A stretch of DNA of 64,000 bases from Candidatus Gottesmanbacteria bacterium (lineage in GTDB: Bacteria; Patescibacteriota; Microgenomatia; UBA10105; UBA927). Location: contig JAHFKN010000003.1 of assembly GCA_023245355.1 (NCBI GenBank), positions 121,368 to 185,367 of the forward strand, written 5' to 3'. The first letter of the stretch is position 1; every line of letters begins with the position of its first letter. Of the stretch, positions 27,395-36,811 are shown piece by piece. The notes beneath the pieces were generated by a model that saw only the letters and a list, made by a program, of their open reading frames with translations, had not been told where the DNA came from and searched no databases. The position numbers were made by a program, and so were the translations under genes.

Positions 27395-27958
27395 ATGATA
27401 GATGCACTTCTCAATTCCACCCGTGACCGCATGAGAAAAGCGATAGAGGTCACACGCACGGATATTTCATCAATCCGTTCAGGCAGAGCAACCCCCGCAT
27501 TGGTCGAGAACATCGTCGTTTCGGTATACGGAGGCACCCAGCATCTGAAAGTAATGGAGCTAGCAACCATATCGACGCTCGACAGCAAAACGTTGGTTAT
27601 CGGTCCGTACGACCCGTCCATCATTGCAGAAATCGAACGGGGAATTGCCGCGGCTAACGTAGGGCTCAACCCCATCGTAGACGGGGAGATCCTGCGTATC
27701 AGTATCCCGCCGCTTTCCGAAGAACGCCGGCAGGAATACATCAAGCTCGTGAAAGTGAAGCTGGAAGCCGGGAAAGTTATGGTGCGGCAGGTGCGCCATG
27801 ACGCCATGAAAGAATTGAGCAATGCGTTAAATAGTAAAGATGTCGGCGAAGACGAACAGAAAGCAGGAGAGAAAAAAGTCCAGGAACTGACGGATGAAAT
27901 GATTGCGGAAATAGAAACGATGGGAGAGAAGAAAGAGGCCGAGCTCTTGCAGGTATAA
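27395..27958 (+). CDS. frr: Ribosome recycling factor
   Basis: IRSGRATP, IPPLSEERR, KKEAELL. Confidence 0.98.
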   Translation: MIDALLNSTRDRMRKAIEVTRTDISSIRSGRATPALVENIVVSVYGGTQHLKVMELATISTLDSKTLVIGPYDPSIIAEIERGIAAANVGLNPIVDGEILRISIPPLSEERRQEYIKLVKVKLEAGKVMVRQVRHDAMKELSNALNSKDVGEDEQKAGEKKVQELTDEMIAEIETMGEKKEAELLQV

Positions 27959-27963
27959 CACTC

Positions 27964-29049
27964 ATGATCCTCACTGCCATAACCTTTCTTGTCATACTCA
28001 CTATCCTTGTCCTGATTCACGAATTGGGACATTTTCTCGTGGCGCGGTGGGTCGGCGTTCACGTAGAGGAATTCGGTCTCGGATTGCCGCCACGGATCTG
28101 GGGCAAACAGATAGGGCGGACGCTGTATTCACTCAATTGGCTTCCGATCGGAGGATTCGTCCGGCTGGCGGGAGAAGATGCCGAGGCAGAGGCACAGGAT
28201 ACCGTAAAAGGGCATACGCGTAAAGAATATTTCTGGGCCCGCAGCAAAAAAGAACGGTCAGCAATTCTTATCGCCGGTGTGTTTATGAATTTCGCGCTTG
28301 CGGTAGCCATCACCGCAGGACTTCTGGTTTCCGGGGTTAAAGAACCGTCGGGTAATGTGCGCATCGAGCGTATTGTTGCAGGTTCTCCCGCGGAGAAAGC
28401 CGGCTTTGCGGTAAATGATGTCGTGCGCGGAGTTGCGGTCGGCCGGGAACCGCGTACGGACGTACGGGTGCCGGGTGATCTGATCGGATTTGTCGGAGCG
28501 AATAAAGGACGCGAAATTGTGATTTTTGTCGAGCGGGACGGACAGGAGACGACTGTCACAGCAGTGCCCCGTACGGAAGTTCCTCCGGGAGAAGGGCCGC
28601 TGGGCGTTGCCGTTTCCGATTTGGAACTTAAAAAATATCCGTTAACGGAAGCCCCCGGTAAAGCACTTGCGATAAATATTTCCCGTGCCCGCGATATGCT
28701 CGTTTCTCTGGGAACTACCGTCTGGAGATTGGTAACCCTCCGTCCGCCGCAGGCGGATGTCGCAGGACCCATCGGTATCGCTCAGGTGACCGGCCAGGCA
28801 GTAAAGTTCGGTCTTCAGGCAGTGCTGGAATTTGCCAGCATCCTGTCGTTAAATCTTGCCGTGTTGAACGTGCTTCCTATACCGGCTTTGGACGGGGGGC
28901 GTCTGGCATTTGTATTCCTGGAAAAACTGCTCGGGAAAAAAGTGCGTCCCGCGTTTGAGAAATCCACCCATCAGGTGGGCATGATTATCCTGCTGGCCCT
29001 CGTGCTTCTTGTGTCTATAAATGACATTCTCCGCCTTGTCCGTGGCTAA
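27964..29049 (+). CDS. rseP: Site-2 (M50) metalloprotease with PDZ domain
   Basis: HELGH, LPIGGFV, GPIGI, NVLPIPALDGG. Confidence 0.95.
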   Translation: MILTAITFLVILTILVLIHELGHFLVARWVGVHVEEFGLGLPPRIWGKQIGRTLYSLNWLPIGGFVRLAGEDAEAEAQDTVKGHTRKEYFWARSKKERSAILIAGVFMNFALAVAITAGLLVSGVKEPSGNVRIERIVAGSPAEKAGFAVNDVVRGVAVGREPRTDVRVPGDLIGFVGANKGREIVIFVERDGQETTVTAVPRTEVPPGEGPLGVAVSDLELKKYPLTEAPGKALAINISRARDMLVSLGTTVWRLVTLRPPQADVAGPIGIAQVTGQAVKFGLQAVLEFASILSLNLAVLNVLPIPALDGGRLAFVFLEKLLGKKVRPAFEKSTHQVGMIILLALVLLVSINDILRLVRG

Positions 29050-29108
29050 TGTGTGACATATTACGATGCTATTGACAGCATCACTTGTGTTCCCGTACTG
29101 TAATAGTA

Positions 29109-30041
29109 ATGAATAAAATCGTGGATTACCTGACATGGGGGTTTATCGCGCTTTTTGCCGCTCCTACCGTGCTTATTATGGCTTCATGGAGCAGTTTGCC
29201 GGGTACCCCGATGTTCGGAGTAAAGCGTACGTTTGAGCAGGGCCTTTTGCTGGCCGTGCGGCCGTCGTATGAGACGGAGGCTTCTCTGAATGCGCAGTTT
29301 ACAAAACGCCGGATGGAGGAAGCGAAAGTGCTGCTTGCGAAAAATCAGTCAGCAGAAGGTTTGTCATATCTTTCAGCGCAGATTAAAGCGACCAGGACCA
29401 TGATCCAACGTGCGCCTACGCAGGAAAAAAAGCGGGAAGCCGCTAAAAATTACATCACGACGCTCCAGGGTGTGTCAAAAGAGCTGAAGGCGCAGCAGAC
29501 TAAATCCAGCCGTGTCGCGGTAAAAACAGCACCGAGAGCGGGCAGGACAGCGGGAACGAGCCAGCAACAGCTGCAGCAGCAGCTGGCGCAGCAGTTAGCG
29601 GAGGTGGAACAAATGCAGGCTCAACTCCGGTCGCAGCTGCAGCAGCCCCAAACGCAGCAACTGATTGCCCAGCTGGCGCAGCAGCAACAGCAGCTTCAAC
29701 AATTGCAGTCGCAGCTGCAGCAGCCGCAGCAGCAACAGCAGGTGGCAGCAGCACTGGAGCAACAGATTCAGCAGAGTGAAACGATTCAGGCGCAGGTGGA
29801 CCAGGTTGCGCCTCCGGTAGATGATGCCGTAAATACTATGCAGGAAGAAATTGATAACACTATCACTGATTTGGAAACGCTGTCGGATACACCTCCGGAA
29901 AGTATCACACCGACAGAAACACCGGTCCCGACGGTTGAACCGACAGCTGAGCCGACGGAAGCTCCGACTAGTACTCCCGTTGATAATTCCCATAATAACA
30001 ACGGGAATGGCAACGGGAACGGGGATGACGATAAAAAATAA
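29109..30041 (+). CDS. DUF5667-like membrane-anchored protein with Gln-rich and Pro/Thr-rich tail
   Basis: TM then SLPGTPMFGVKRTFE; Q-rich coil; PTE repeats; NG repeats. Confidence 0.75.
   Translation: MNKIVDYLTWGFIALFAAPTVLIMASWSSLPGTPMFGVKRTFEQGLLLAVRPSYETEASLNAQFTKRRMEEAKVLLAKNQSAEGLSYLSAQIKATRTMIQRAPTQEKKREAAKNYITTLQGVSKELKAQQTKSSRVAVKTAPRAGRTAGTSQQQLQQQLAQQLAEVEQMQAQLRSQLQQPQTQQLIAQLAQQQQQLQQLQSQLQQPQQQQQVAAALEQQIQQSETIQAQVDQVAPPVDDAVNTMQEEIDNTITDLETLSDTPPESITPTETPVPTVEPTAEPTEAPTSTPVDNSHNNNGNGNGNGDDDKK
29560..30030 (+). repeat. Low-complexity CAG-rich (Gln), P-T-E and N-G coding repeats
   Basis: Repeated CAGCAG/CAGCTG runs; CCGAC(A/G)G units; AACGGG units. Confidence 0.8.
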
Positions 30042-30065
30042 ATAGGGAGTGGGTTGTATGGTTCA

Positions 30066-30094
30066 TTGACCGCTTAACAACCCCGTGTTACTAT
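30066..30094 (+). promoter_or_regulatory. Sigma70 promoter of the T-box leader
   Basis: TTGACC (30066-71), 17 nt, TGt-TACTAT (30086-94). Confidence 0.75.
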
Positions 30095-30100
30095 AGGTAT

Positions 30101-30249
30101 AGAAACGCGTTCCGAGATCCGACCGGAACAAAGCGGCTCCGCTAAGAACGGGGACGAAAAAAGCACGTAACGCTCATAATTAAGAAGTAAGTAAGGTGGT
30201 ACCGTCCCGATCATATCGGGGCCCTTACACGGGAACGGTACCTTTTTTT
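30101..30249 (+). ncRNA. T-box riboswitch (Pro) with ultra-short Stem I
   Basis: Antiterminator GTAAGG-TGGTACC-GTCCCGAT/ATCGGGGC-CCTTAC with the 7-nt UGGN-ACC bulge; terminator arm CGGGAACGGTACC + T7; upstream of csaA-proS. Confidence 0.88.
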
Positions 30250-30271
30250 GTGGCATTCGAAAGGAGATTTT

Positions 30272-30607
30272 ATGGCGATATATGATAATTTCGCGGCATT
30301 GGATATACGCGTAGGCGTTATCACTGCAGTTGATGATTTTCCGGAGGCCCGTAAACCCGCCTATAAACTTACGATCGATTTCGGCAGCGAAATAGGTGAA
30401 AAGAAATCCAGCGCACAACTGGTGAAATATTATAAAAAAACCGAGCTGGTCGGAAAAAAAGTGCTGGGTGTGGTAAATTTTCCGGTACGGCAGATCGGGC
30501 CATTTATGTCTGAGGTGCTCACGCTTGGTGTTCCGGACGCGGATCACGAGTGCGTCTTGATTGTTCCTGATAAAGGTGATGCAATAGTCGGAGGAAAGCT
30601 TTTTTAA
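30272..30607 (+). CDS. csaA: tRNA-binding OB-fold protein (CsaA/Trbp111)
   Basis: LDIRVG, FPEARKPAYKL, VNFPVRQIG, SEVLTLG; AAGGAG SD; start ATG 30272. Confidence 0.92.
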   Translation: MAIYDNFAALDIRVGVITAVDDFPEARKPAYKLTIDFGSEIGEKKSSAQLVKYYKKTELVGKKVLGVVNFPVRQIGPFMSEVLTLGVPDADHECVLIVPDKGDAIVGGKLF

Positions 30608-30613
30608 TAACCT

Positions 30614-32062
30614 ATGAATAAACAATTCGAAAAAAAAGAACTGAAGAAAAAAAGTGAAAATTTGTCTGATTGGTATACCGATGTGGTGCTCAAAGCCGCA
30701 ATTGCGGATTACGCGCCGGTAAAAGGCTGTATGGTTATCCGTCCGTACGGATATGCACTTTGGGAAGCAGTGCAGGACGCCTTAAACCGTATGATGCGCT
30801 CGGCCGGGATTGAGAATGCATACTTTCCGCTGTTTATCCCGCATTCGCTGCTGGAAAAAGAAAAGCAGCATGTTGCCGGATTTTCTCCGGAATTGGCAAT
30901 TGTCACAATCGGCGGAGGAGAGAAGCTCAAAGATCCTCTGGTTGTCCGTCCGACAAGCGAGACCATCATGTACGATATGTATTCCAAATGGGTGCATAGC
31001 TGGCGCGATCTTCCCGTGCTTATCAATCAGTGGAACAACGTCGTCCGGTGGGAAAAGCGGACGTATTTGTTTCTGCGTACGACGGAGTTTCTGTGGCAGG
31101 AGGGGCATACTGCGCATGAAACAGAGGAAGAAGCGATGGAAATGGTTATGAAAGCCCTCAACTGGTACCGCCAGATTTACGAGGATTATTTTGCCGTACC
31201 CGTCGTTATGGGGAAAAAGAGCGAATCCGAAAAGTTTGCAGGTGCCAAAACAACGTTTACCGTGGAAGCGCTCATGCCGGACGGGAAAGCACTGCAGGGA
31301 GGCACGAGTCATAATTTGGGCCAGAATTTTTCCAAATCGTTTGACATATCGTTTCAGACGCGCGACGGGAAATCTGAATTCGTCTGGCAGACGTCGTTCG
31401 GATTTTCTACCCGCAGTTTGGGCGGTTTGTTTCTGACCCACGGAGATGACAGCGGGCTCGTGCTGCCTCCGAAGATTGCGTCTATCCAGGTGGTGATCAT
31501 ACCTATTTTCAGAGGCGATGACGGGCAGGAAGCGCTGCTGGAGTATTGCGGCGAGGTCCGTGATGCATTGGTAGGACAAGGGATCCGCGCGCGGCTGGAC
31601 AACCGGGACAGTCAGTCAGTCGGCAGGAAGTTTAATGAATGGGAAGTCAAGGGAGTGCCGGTCCGCCTGGAAGTCGGGCGCAAAGAAATGGAAGACCGCG
31701 CCGTTACCATGGCGCGTCGGGACACAGGAGAAAAAGTGCTGGTCGAGCGCAAGGAAATGCTCCCGAAGATAGAAAAGTTGTTAGAGGATATTCAGACATC
31801 GCTGTATGAAACGGCGTTAAAGCACATGAACGATAATACGCGGGATGTGAGTACGTTTGCCGAATTTGAGGATATCATGAAAACTACCCGCGGATTTATC
31901 CGTGCGTTCTGGTGTGAAGAAGCATCCTGTGAGGCTAGGATAAAAGAAGCGACAAAAGCTGCCACCCGGTGTCTTCCGCTCGGGGCGGCAGAGGAGAATG
32001 GTGTGTGTGTCCATTGCGGTAAACCGGCTACCCACAGGTGGTTATTCGGTCAATCATATTAA
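30614..32062 (+). CDS. proS: Proline-tRNA ligase (archaeal/eukaryotic type)
   Basis: VRPTSET, FLRTTEFLWQEGHT, ALQGGTSHNLG, C-terminal Cys cluster, terminal SY. Confidence 0.98.
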   Translation: MNKQFEKKELKKKSENLSDWYTDVVLKAAIADYAPVKGCMVIRPYGYALWEAVQDALNRMMRSAGIENAYFPLFIPHSLLEKEKQHVAGFSPELAIVTIGGGEKLKDPLVVRPTSETIMYDMYSKWVHSWRDLPVLINQWNNVVRWEKRTYLFLRTTEFLWQEGHTAHETEEEAMEMVMKALNWYRQIYEDYFAVPVVMGKKSESEKFAGAKTTFTVEALMPDGKALQGGTSHNLGQNFSKSFDISFQTRDGKSEFVWQTSFGFSTRSLGGLFLTHGDDSGLVLPPKIASIQVVIIPIFRGDDGQEALLEYCGEVRDALVGQGIRARLDNRDSQSVGRKFNEWEVKGVPVRLEVGRKEMEDRAVTMARRDTGEKVLVERKEMLPKIEKLLEDIQTSLYETALKHMNDNTRDVSTFAEFEDIMKTTRGFIRAFWCEEASCEARIKEATKAATRCLPLGAAEENGVCVHCGKPATHRWLFGQSY

Positions 32063-32067
32063 TTACC

Positions 32068-32553
32068 ATGTCTGAACTGGGAGAATTCAAAAAGCAGACA
32101 TTGGGAGAACGGTTCCGTGCACGGATGGAATATACGTTTCACCCGACAGGTCCGATTTCCAAAGAAGTAACCCGGCAGATTACGAAAATTCAGTCGGTTA
32201 TCCCATACGGCAGTGCGTGGGAAGCGTTCGAAAAGGCCAAAAGCGAAGCGCCCCAAAAGCTGCAGGCTACTGATGAGGCGTTCCGCAAGGAATCGTATTG
32301 GCATAATCTCACTAAATTGGTGAAACTCTTTTTCTACGCTCCTATTGTCGTGCTGATGGACGGAGGAAGTCCCGCCTCGAAAGAGCGGAAAAAAATCAGG
32401 AAAGCTGCAAAGGAATGGAAAAACTATTTTTCTCATTCTCCGGAGGGGAAGCGGGCTATCGCCTCATTCAACGGGAAAACAGATACCCACAAACGTATTG
32501 ACGGCATCGTAGCGCGCATAGCTTCGGGGCAGCTGCCTGAAGGCACCCGGTAA
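32068..32553 (+). CDS. Hypothetical protein
   Basis: Fills the gap after proS; one short hydrophobic stretch. Confidence 0.6.
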   Translation: MSELGEFKKQTLGERFRARMEYTFHPTGPISKEVTRQITKIQSVIPYGSAWEAFEKAKSEAPQKLQATDEAFRKESYWHNLTKLVKLFFYAPIVVLMDGGSPASKERKKIRKAAKEWKNYFSHSPEGKRAIASFNGKTDTHKRIDGIVARIASGQLPEGTR

Positions 32554-32557
32554 GACG

Positions 32558-32887
32558 TTATCCCCGGCTGACCGTGAGAATTCCGTATGTCCGTATATAC
32601 GCCGGCAACGGAATATGCGTGTGCCGTGTGTCATCGGGTGTGCGCACTTTTTTCCCCAGCGGGTAAATTTCAACCTCCGTTGTCGGTCCGAATACCCCTC
32701 CGTTTGCACGGATTCTCATGGGAGTGTCCGGCTGAAATCGTGTCCCGATGCTCATCCAAGGGGTGGTATCCGGAGGCTGAGCACTCCGCCTGCTTAAACG
32801 GGGAGAAATAGGCTGACCTTCGAGTCTGTAGCCGAACAACTGACCCAGGATACTTACCCGTGCCTCTATAGGAACAGTGTGTGACAT
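32558..32887 (-). CDS. Hypothetical protein
   Basis: Fills gap; TTGACA and TATAGT upstream on the minus strand. Confidence 0.55.
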   Translation of the reverse strand: MSHTVPIEARVSILGQLFGYRLEGQPISPRLSRRSAQPPDTTPWMSIGTRFQPDTPMRIRANGGVFGPTTEVEIYPLGKKVRTPDDTRHTHIPLPAYIRTYGILTVSRG

Positions 32888-32973
32888 ACGAGGGGTACTA
32901 TAATCCTATAGTTAGTTCCTGTCAATGAATATATGCCTTCAGAACGGAGCATATAATCTGGTATACTAGATGC

Positions 32974-33804
32974 ATGAAAACCATTGTCGCGCATATTGGT
33001 CCGGATCTCGATGCAATTACCAGTGTATGGCTTATCAAAACGTTTTGGCCGGGGTGGGAGGAAGCAAGTCTGGCGTTTGTGCCGGCAGGAACGACACTAC
33101 ATAAGATGGTGCCTGACAGTGACCCGGAAATTATCCACGTCGATACGGGATTCGGGAAATATGACCATCACCAGACGGATGCGGATATCTGCGCAGCCAT
33201 GCTGGTCTATGCGGAAGTGAAAAAACTTCATGGGTCAGATCCTGCACTGGAACGCATGATGGCCGTGATTAACGATGTTGATCATTTCCGCGAAGTATAT
33301 TACCCCAATGCATCGGCTGATTACTGGGAATTCTGGATGGTCGCGATGATAGACGGATGGCGGTTGATTCATGCGGATAATCCCATGAAGATCATGGAAC
33401 TCGGATTCCAGTCTCTCGACGGTATTTATAAAGTGATGCTGAACAAAATCTGGGCGGAAAAAGAACTTGATCATGCCGTGGAATTTACAACCCGGTGGGG
33501 AAAAGGCATCGGATTTGAGACGGTAAACGATGAAGTGATTCATCAGGCGCAAAAACGCGGATTTGCCCTGGTTATCCGTAAGGATGCGAAAAAAGGGTAC
33601 GTCCGTATCAAATCGTTGCCCGACGAAACTATCGATCTTACCCCGCTGTATGAGCGTCTGAAACGCGATGAGCCGGACGCGACATGGTTTTTGCATGCTT
33701 CACGCCATATGGTGTTAAACGGAAGCGCCAAAAATCCCGATATGAAGCCCTCTAAGCGGACACTCATCCAGTTAATCGACGTTATGAAAGAGGTGTGCGC
33801 ATGA
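32974..33804 (+). CDS. DHH/MYG1-like phosphoesterase
   Basis: HIGPDLDA, VDTG, KYDHHQ motifs. Confidence 0.7.
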   Translation: MKTIVAHIGPDLDAITSVWLIKTFWPGWEEASLAFVPAGTTLHKMVPDSDPEIIHVDTGFGKYDHHQTDADICAAMLVYAEVKKLHGSDPALERMMAVINDVDHFREVYYPNASADYWEFWMVAMIDGWRLIHADNPMKIMELGFQSLDGIYKVMLNKIWAEKELDHAVEFTTRWGKGIGFETVNDEVIHQAQKRGFALVIRKDAKKGYVRIKSLPDETIDLTPLYERLKRDEPDATWFLHASRHMVLNGSAKNPDMKPSKRTLIQLIDVMKEVCA

Positions 33805-34217
33805 ACGGGTGCCTGTTTTGTAAACTGGTAGCAAACGAAATTCCTTCGTTTACGGTATACGAAGACGAACATGTCCGGGCGTTTCTGGATATTTACGGGG
33901 CGACGGACGGACATACTATGGTGATCCTTAAGAAGCACGGGGACACGATATTATCCTATACATCTTCCGAACTCGGGGTATTGTGGGCAGGCGTGCAGAA
34001 AGTAGCGTCCGCGATAGAAAAAGCATTTGACACCCAAATTCTATCCATCGGTATTAACCACGGAGAGCCGCAGGGAGTGCGGCATCTCCATGTTCATATT
34101 ATGCCTCGCTTTGACGGGGACGGAGGTGGTATAATGCAGTCACTTCCCGGTAAAAAACTGTCGAATAAAGATTTCACAGAAGTGGCAAGGAAGATACAAT
34201 CACACATTGGAAAGTGA
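33801..34217 (+). CDS. HIT family nucleotide hydrolase
   Basis: CLFCK, FLDI, GHT, HLHVHIMPR. Confidence 0.93.
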   Translation: MNGCLFCKLVANEIPSFTVYEDEHVRAFLDIYGATDGHTMVILKKHGDTILSYTSSELGVLWAGVQKVASAIEKAFDTQILSIGINHGEPQGVRHLHVHIMPRFDGDGGGIMQSLPGKKLSNKDFTEVARKIQSHIGK

Positions 34218-34232
34218 GGTGTTTTTATTTAT

Positions 34233-34430
34233 ATGGTATTTGTCAAAGCACAACCAGGCGATACATCAGATGCATTGATCCGTAAATTTATGCGCAAAGT
34301 CTTAAATGAAGGGATTTTGCAGGATCTTAAAAAGCGTGAACATTACATCAAACCGGCGGAAAAGCGCAAAGAACAGAAAAAGGAACTTGCGCGCCGCATG
34401 AAGAGAAACCGCAAATTGGCGATGCGGTAA
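34233..34430 (+). CDS. rpsU: 30S ribosomal protein S21
   Basis: LIRKF.RKV..EGIL..LKKREHYIKP; precedes yqeY. Confidence 0.93.
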   Translation: MVFVKAQPGDTSDALIRKFMRKVLNEGILQDLKKREHYIKPAEKRKEQKKELARRMKRNRKLAMR

Positions 34431-34439
34431 TATACGGGT

Positions 34440-34886
34440 ATGTTACTTGATGATTTACACGCGCAGCTTACTGCTGCCATGAAAGCCCATGATACCGTTA
34501 CGGTGGATACCGTACGGTTTTTGTTGGCTGCCGTAAACTATGTTGCTATAGCCAAATACGGCGCTCAGGGTGACGCCAAAGTGACCGATGAGGACGTGTT
34601 GGATGTGGTCAAGAAGCAGGTGAAAACGCACCGTGAATCCATTGATGCGTTTACCAAAGCGGGACGCACGGAATTGGCGCAAAACGAACGCGCACAACTG
34701 GAGGTTCTGGAAAAGTATCTTCCCAGTCAGATAAGCGATGAGGAACTTTCGAAACTGCTGGAACCGGTAGCTGCTGCCGGCGGAGATTTCGGGCCATTGA
34801 TGGGCCGCGCTATGGCAGCGGCCAAGGGGCAAGCTGACGGCGGACGCGTATCTATCATGCTCAAGCAACTGCTGTCTTCCAAATAA
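34440..34886 (+). CDS. GatB/YqeY domain protein
   Basis: AAMKA, KQVK..RESI..F..AGR, YLP, GQADG. Confidence 0.93.
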   Translation: MLLDDLHAQLTAAMKAHDTVTVDTVRFLLAAVNYVAIAKYGAQGDAKVTDEDVLDVVKKQVKTHRESIDAFTKAGRTELAQNERAQLEVLEKYLPSQISDEELSKLLEPVAAAGGDFGPLMGRAMAAAKGQADGGRVSIMLKQLLSSK

Positions 34887-34915
34887 TACCGGATTGGTAT
34901 ATTGTACACACAGAA

Positions 34916-35311
34916 ATGATATCCGTTCTTTTTCAGACTGAGTCCCATTTTCCGGTCAAAAAATCCGTAGTTACAGAAGCGATCATACAGGCGCTTCTCG
35001 GCAGGGTAACGAGTGCCGCCGAAGTGAGCGTGACCGTTGTCGGAGACAGACGCATGCGCGAGCTCAATGCCGGTTACCGCAAGAAAGACTACACGACGGA
35101 CGTACTCTCATTCCCGCAGCATGACGCGAGTCAGCCCATGCAGCCGTTCGTTGATGCTCCCGACGGTGTTATGCGGTTAGGCGACATTGTCGTTTCCTAT
35201 CCCGAAGCCGTCCGCGAAGCGACGGAAGAAAATAAATTAGTTGATGAGAAGATAGTAGAATTGGTGCTTCACGGATTGGAACACCTTTTGGGTAACCATC
35301 ACGAAGAGTAG
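34916..35311 (+). CDS. ybeY: rRNA maturation endoribonuclease YbeY
   Basis: LN..YR.KD..TDVLSF, LGDI, HGLEHLLGNHH. Confidence 0.95.
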   Translation: MISVLFQTESHFPVKKSVVTEAIIQALLGRVTSAAEVSVTVVGDRRMRELNAGYRKKDYTTDVLSFPQHDASQPMQPFVDAPDGVMRLGDIVVSYPEAVREATEENKLVDEKIVELVLHGLEHLLGNHHEE

Positions 35312-35329
35312 TGTCATATAGATTTATAT

Positions 35330-36796
35330 ATGTCTTTTTACCGCACATACCGCCCGCAGGTCATCGACGAAATCGATAACGCAAAAGTCAGGGAACAGTT
35401 GCTGGCGCTGCTTTCTAAAGACCGCAAAGAATTGCCGCACGCGTATTTTTTTACCGGGCCTAAAGGTACGGGGAAAACGACGGCCGCCCGGGTGATTGCT
35501 AAATTGTTTAACTGCGTAAAATTGACCAAATCCGGTCCGTGCGGCACATGCGAACAGTGCATGTCCATCTCAAACGGCACGAGCATGGATGTCGTGGAAA
35601 TGGATGCAGCCAGCAACCGCGGCATAGATGAGATCCGGCTGCTGCGGGAGCGCATCGGATTGTCTCCGGTTTCTTCAACATACACGATTTACATTATTGA
35701 CGAGGTGCACATGCTGACAACCGAAGCATTCAATGCACTGCTTAAAACGTTGGAAGAGCCGCCCGCCCATGCAGTATTTGTGCTGGCGACGACGGACGCG
35801 CATAAGGTTCCGGCGACGATTACATCCCGCTGTATGATCCTGCGGTTTGCCAAAGCGAGTAAAACGGAATTGCTTCATGCGTTAACCCGGGTAGTTACGG
35901 CGGAAAAAATCTCCATATCCGATGAGGCGCTTGAGAGGATAGCAGAACTTTCCGACGGTGCATTCCGGGACGCGGTGAAATTTCTGGAACAGGCAAGCTT
36001 TCACAAGGGGAAAATTGAACTGGAGCATATCGATGCGGCACTCTCATTATCGACCGGCCAGTTTGTTGCCGGATTCATATCGTATCTTGACGGGAAAGAC
36101 GCGTCGCAAACATCAGCCCTTGCACAGATAAAAGCCGCGGCAGAGGAAGGGATGGATATGCGCACGCTGGTGACCGACGTATTGTTGTATCTTCGGGCAA
36201 ATCTCATCGGACAGATAAACGGAACCGTGAGTGCGCCGGTAGTGTTTGCTGACAGGGAAAAACTGCAGCGGGCAATGTTTCTGTTTACGAAAGCGTACGG
36301 GGAATTGCGGTATACGCCGATCCCAGAGCTGCCGCTCGAACTTGCCGTGATTGAACTGTTTGCTCTGCCGGTCGCCCCTATGCATGAGAAGCAGGGACCG
36401 AAAGCCCCGCCAACCGGGCAAACGATGCCCGCCAAACCGGTTGAGCCTTCCGCAGCACCATCGGCAGAAACACCGGTTAAGACCGCTGCAGCACCGGCCC
36501 AGCAGCAACGGGAGGAGCCGGCGCATGTGTCTTTGGGTCTTCTGACACTTGATAAGCTTGTGGAACATTGGCCGGATTTTATCGCGGCAACCAAGCCCGA
36601 AAATCATTCCATTGCGGGGGTGCTGCGTTCCTCTAGACCGAAGAGTGTCGAAGATGGTATAGTGACGATTGAGGCCTTTTATAAATTTCATCAGGAAAAA
36701 TTGGCCGATATACGCACAAAACAGGTTCTGGCCGATGTGCTGAAGAAATTATTCGGCGAGAAGGTTAAAATAGAAATAGTACTTGGAAAAAAATAA
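35330..36796 (+). CDS. dnaX: DNA polymerase III subunit gamma/tau
   Basis: YRP, GPKGTGKTT, Cys cluster, DAASNRGID, IDEVHML, NALLKTLEEPP, SRC. Confidence 0.97.
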   Translation: MSFYRTYRPQVIDEIDNAKVREQLLALLSKDRKELPHAYFFTGPKGTGKTTAARVIAKLFNCVKLTKSGPCGTCEQCMSISNGTSMDVVEMDAASNRGIDEIRLLRERIGLSPVSSTYTIYIIDEVHMLTTEAFNALLKTLEEPPAHAVFVLATTDAHKVPATITSRCMILRFAKASKTELLHALTRVVTAEKISISDEALERIAELSDGAFRDAVKFLEQASFHKGKIELEHIDAALSLSTGQFVAGFISYLDGKDASQTSALAQIKAAAEEGMDMRTLVTDVLLYLRANLIGQINGTVSAPVVFADREKLQRAMFLFTKAYGELRYTPIPELPLELAVIELFALPVAPMHEKQGPKAPPTGQTMPAKPVEPSAAPSAETPVKTAAAPAQQQREEPAHVSLGLLTLDKLVEHWPDFIAATKPENHSIAGVLRSSRPKSVEDGIVTIEAFYKFHQEKLADIRTKQVLADVLKKLFGEKVKIEIVLGKK

Positions 36797-36811
36797 ACTA
36801 AAGGAGGGTAT

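Noticed and set aside
26870-27958. Short tsf and missing pyrH as pseudogenisation
   Set aside because: Short EF-Ts is a known natural form with intact motifs; the tsf-frr gap has promoter-like words and no pyrH remnant.
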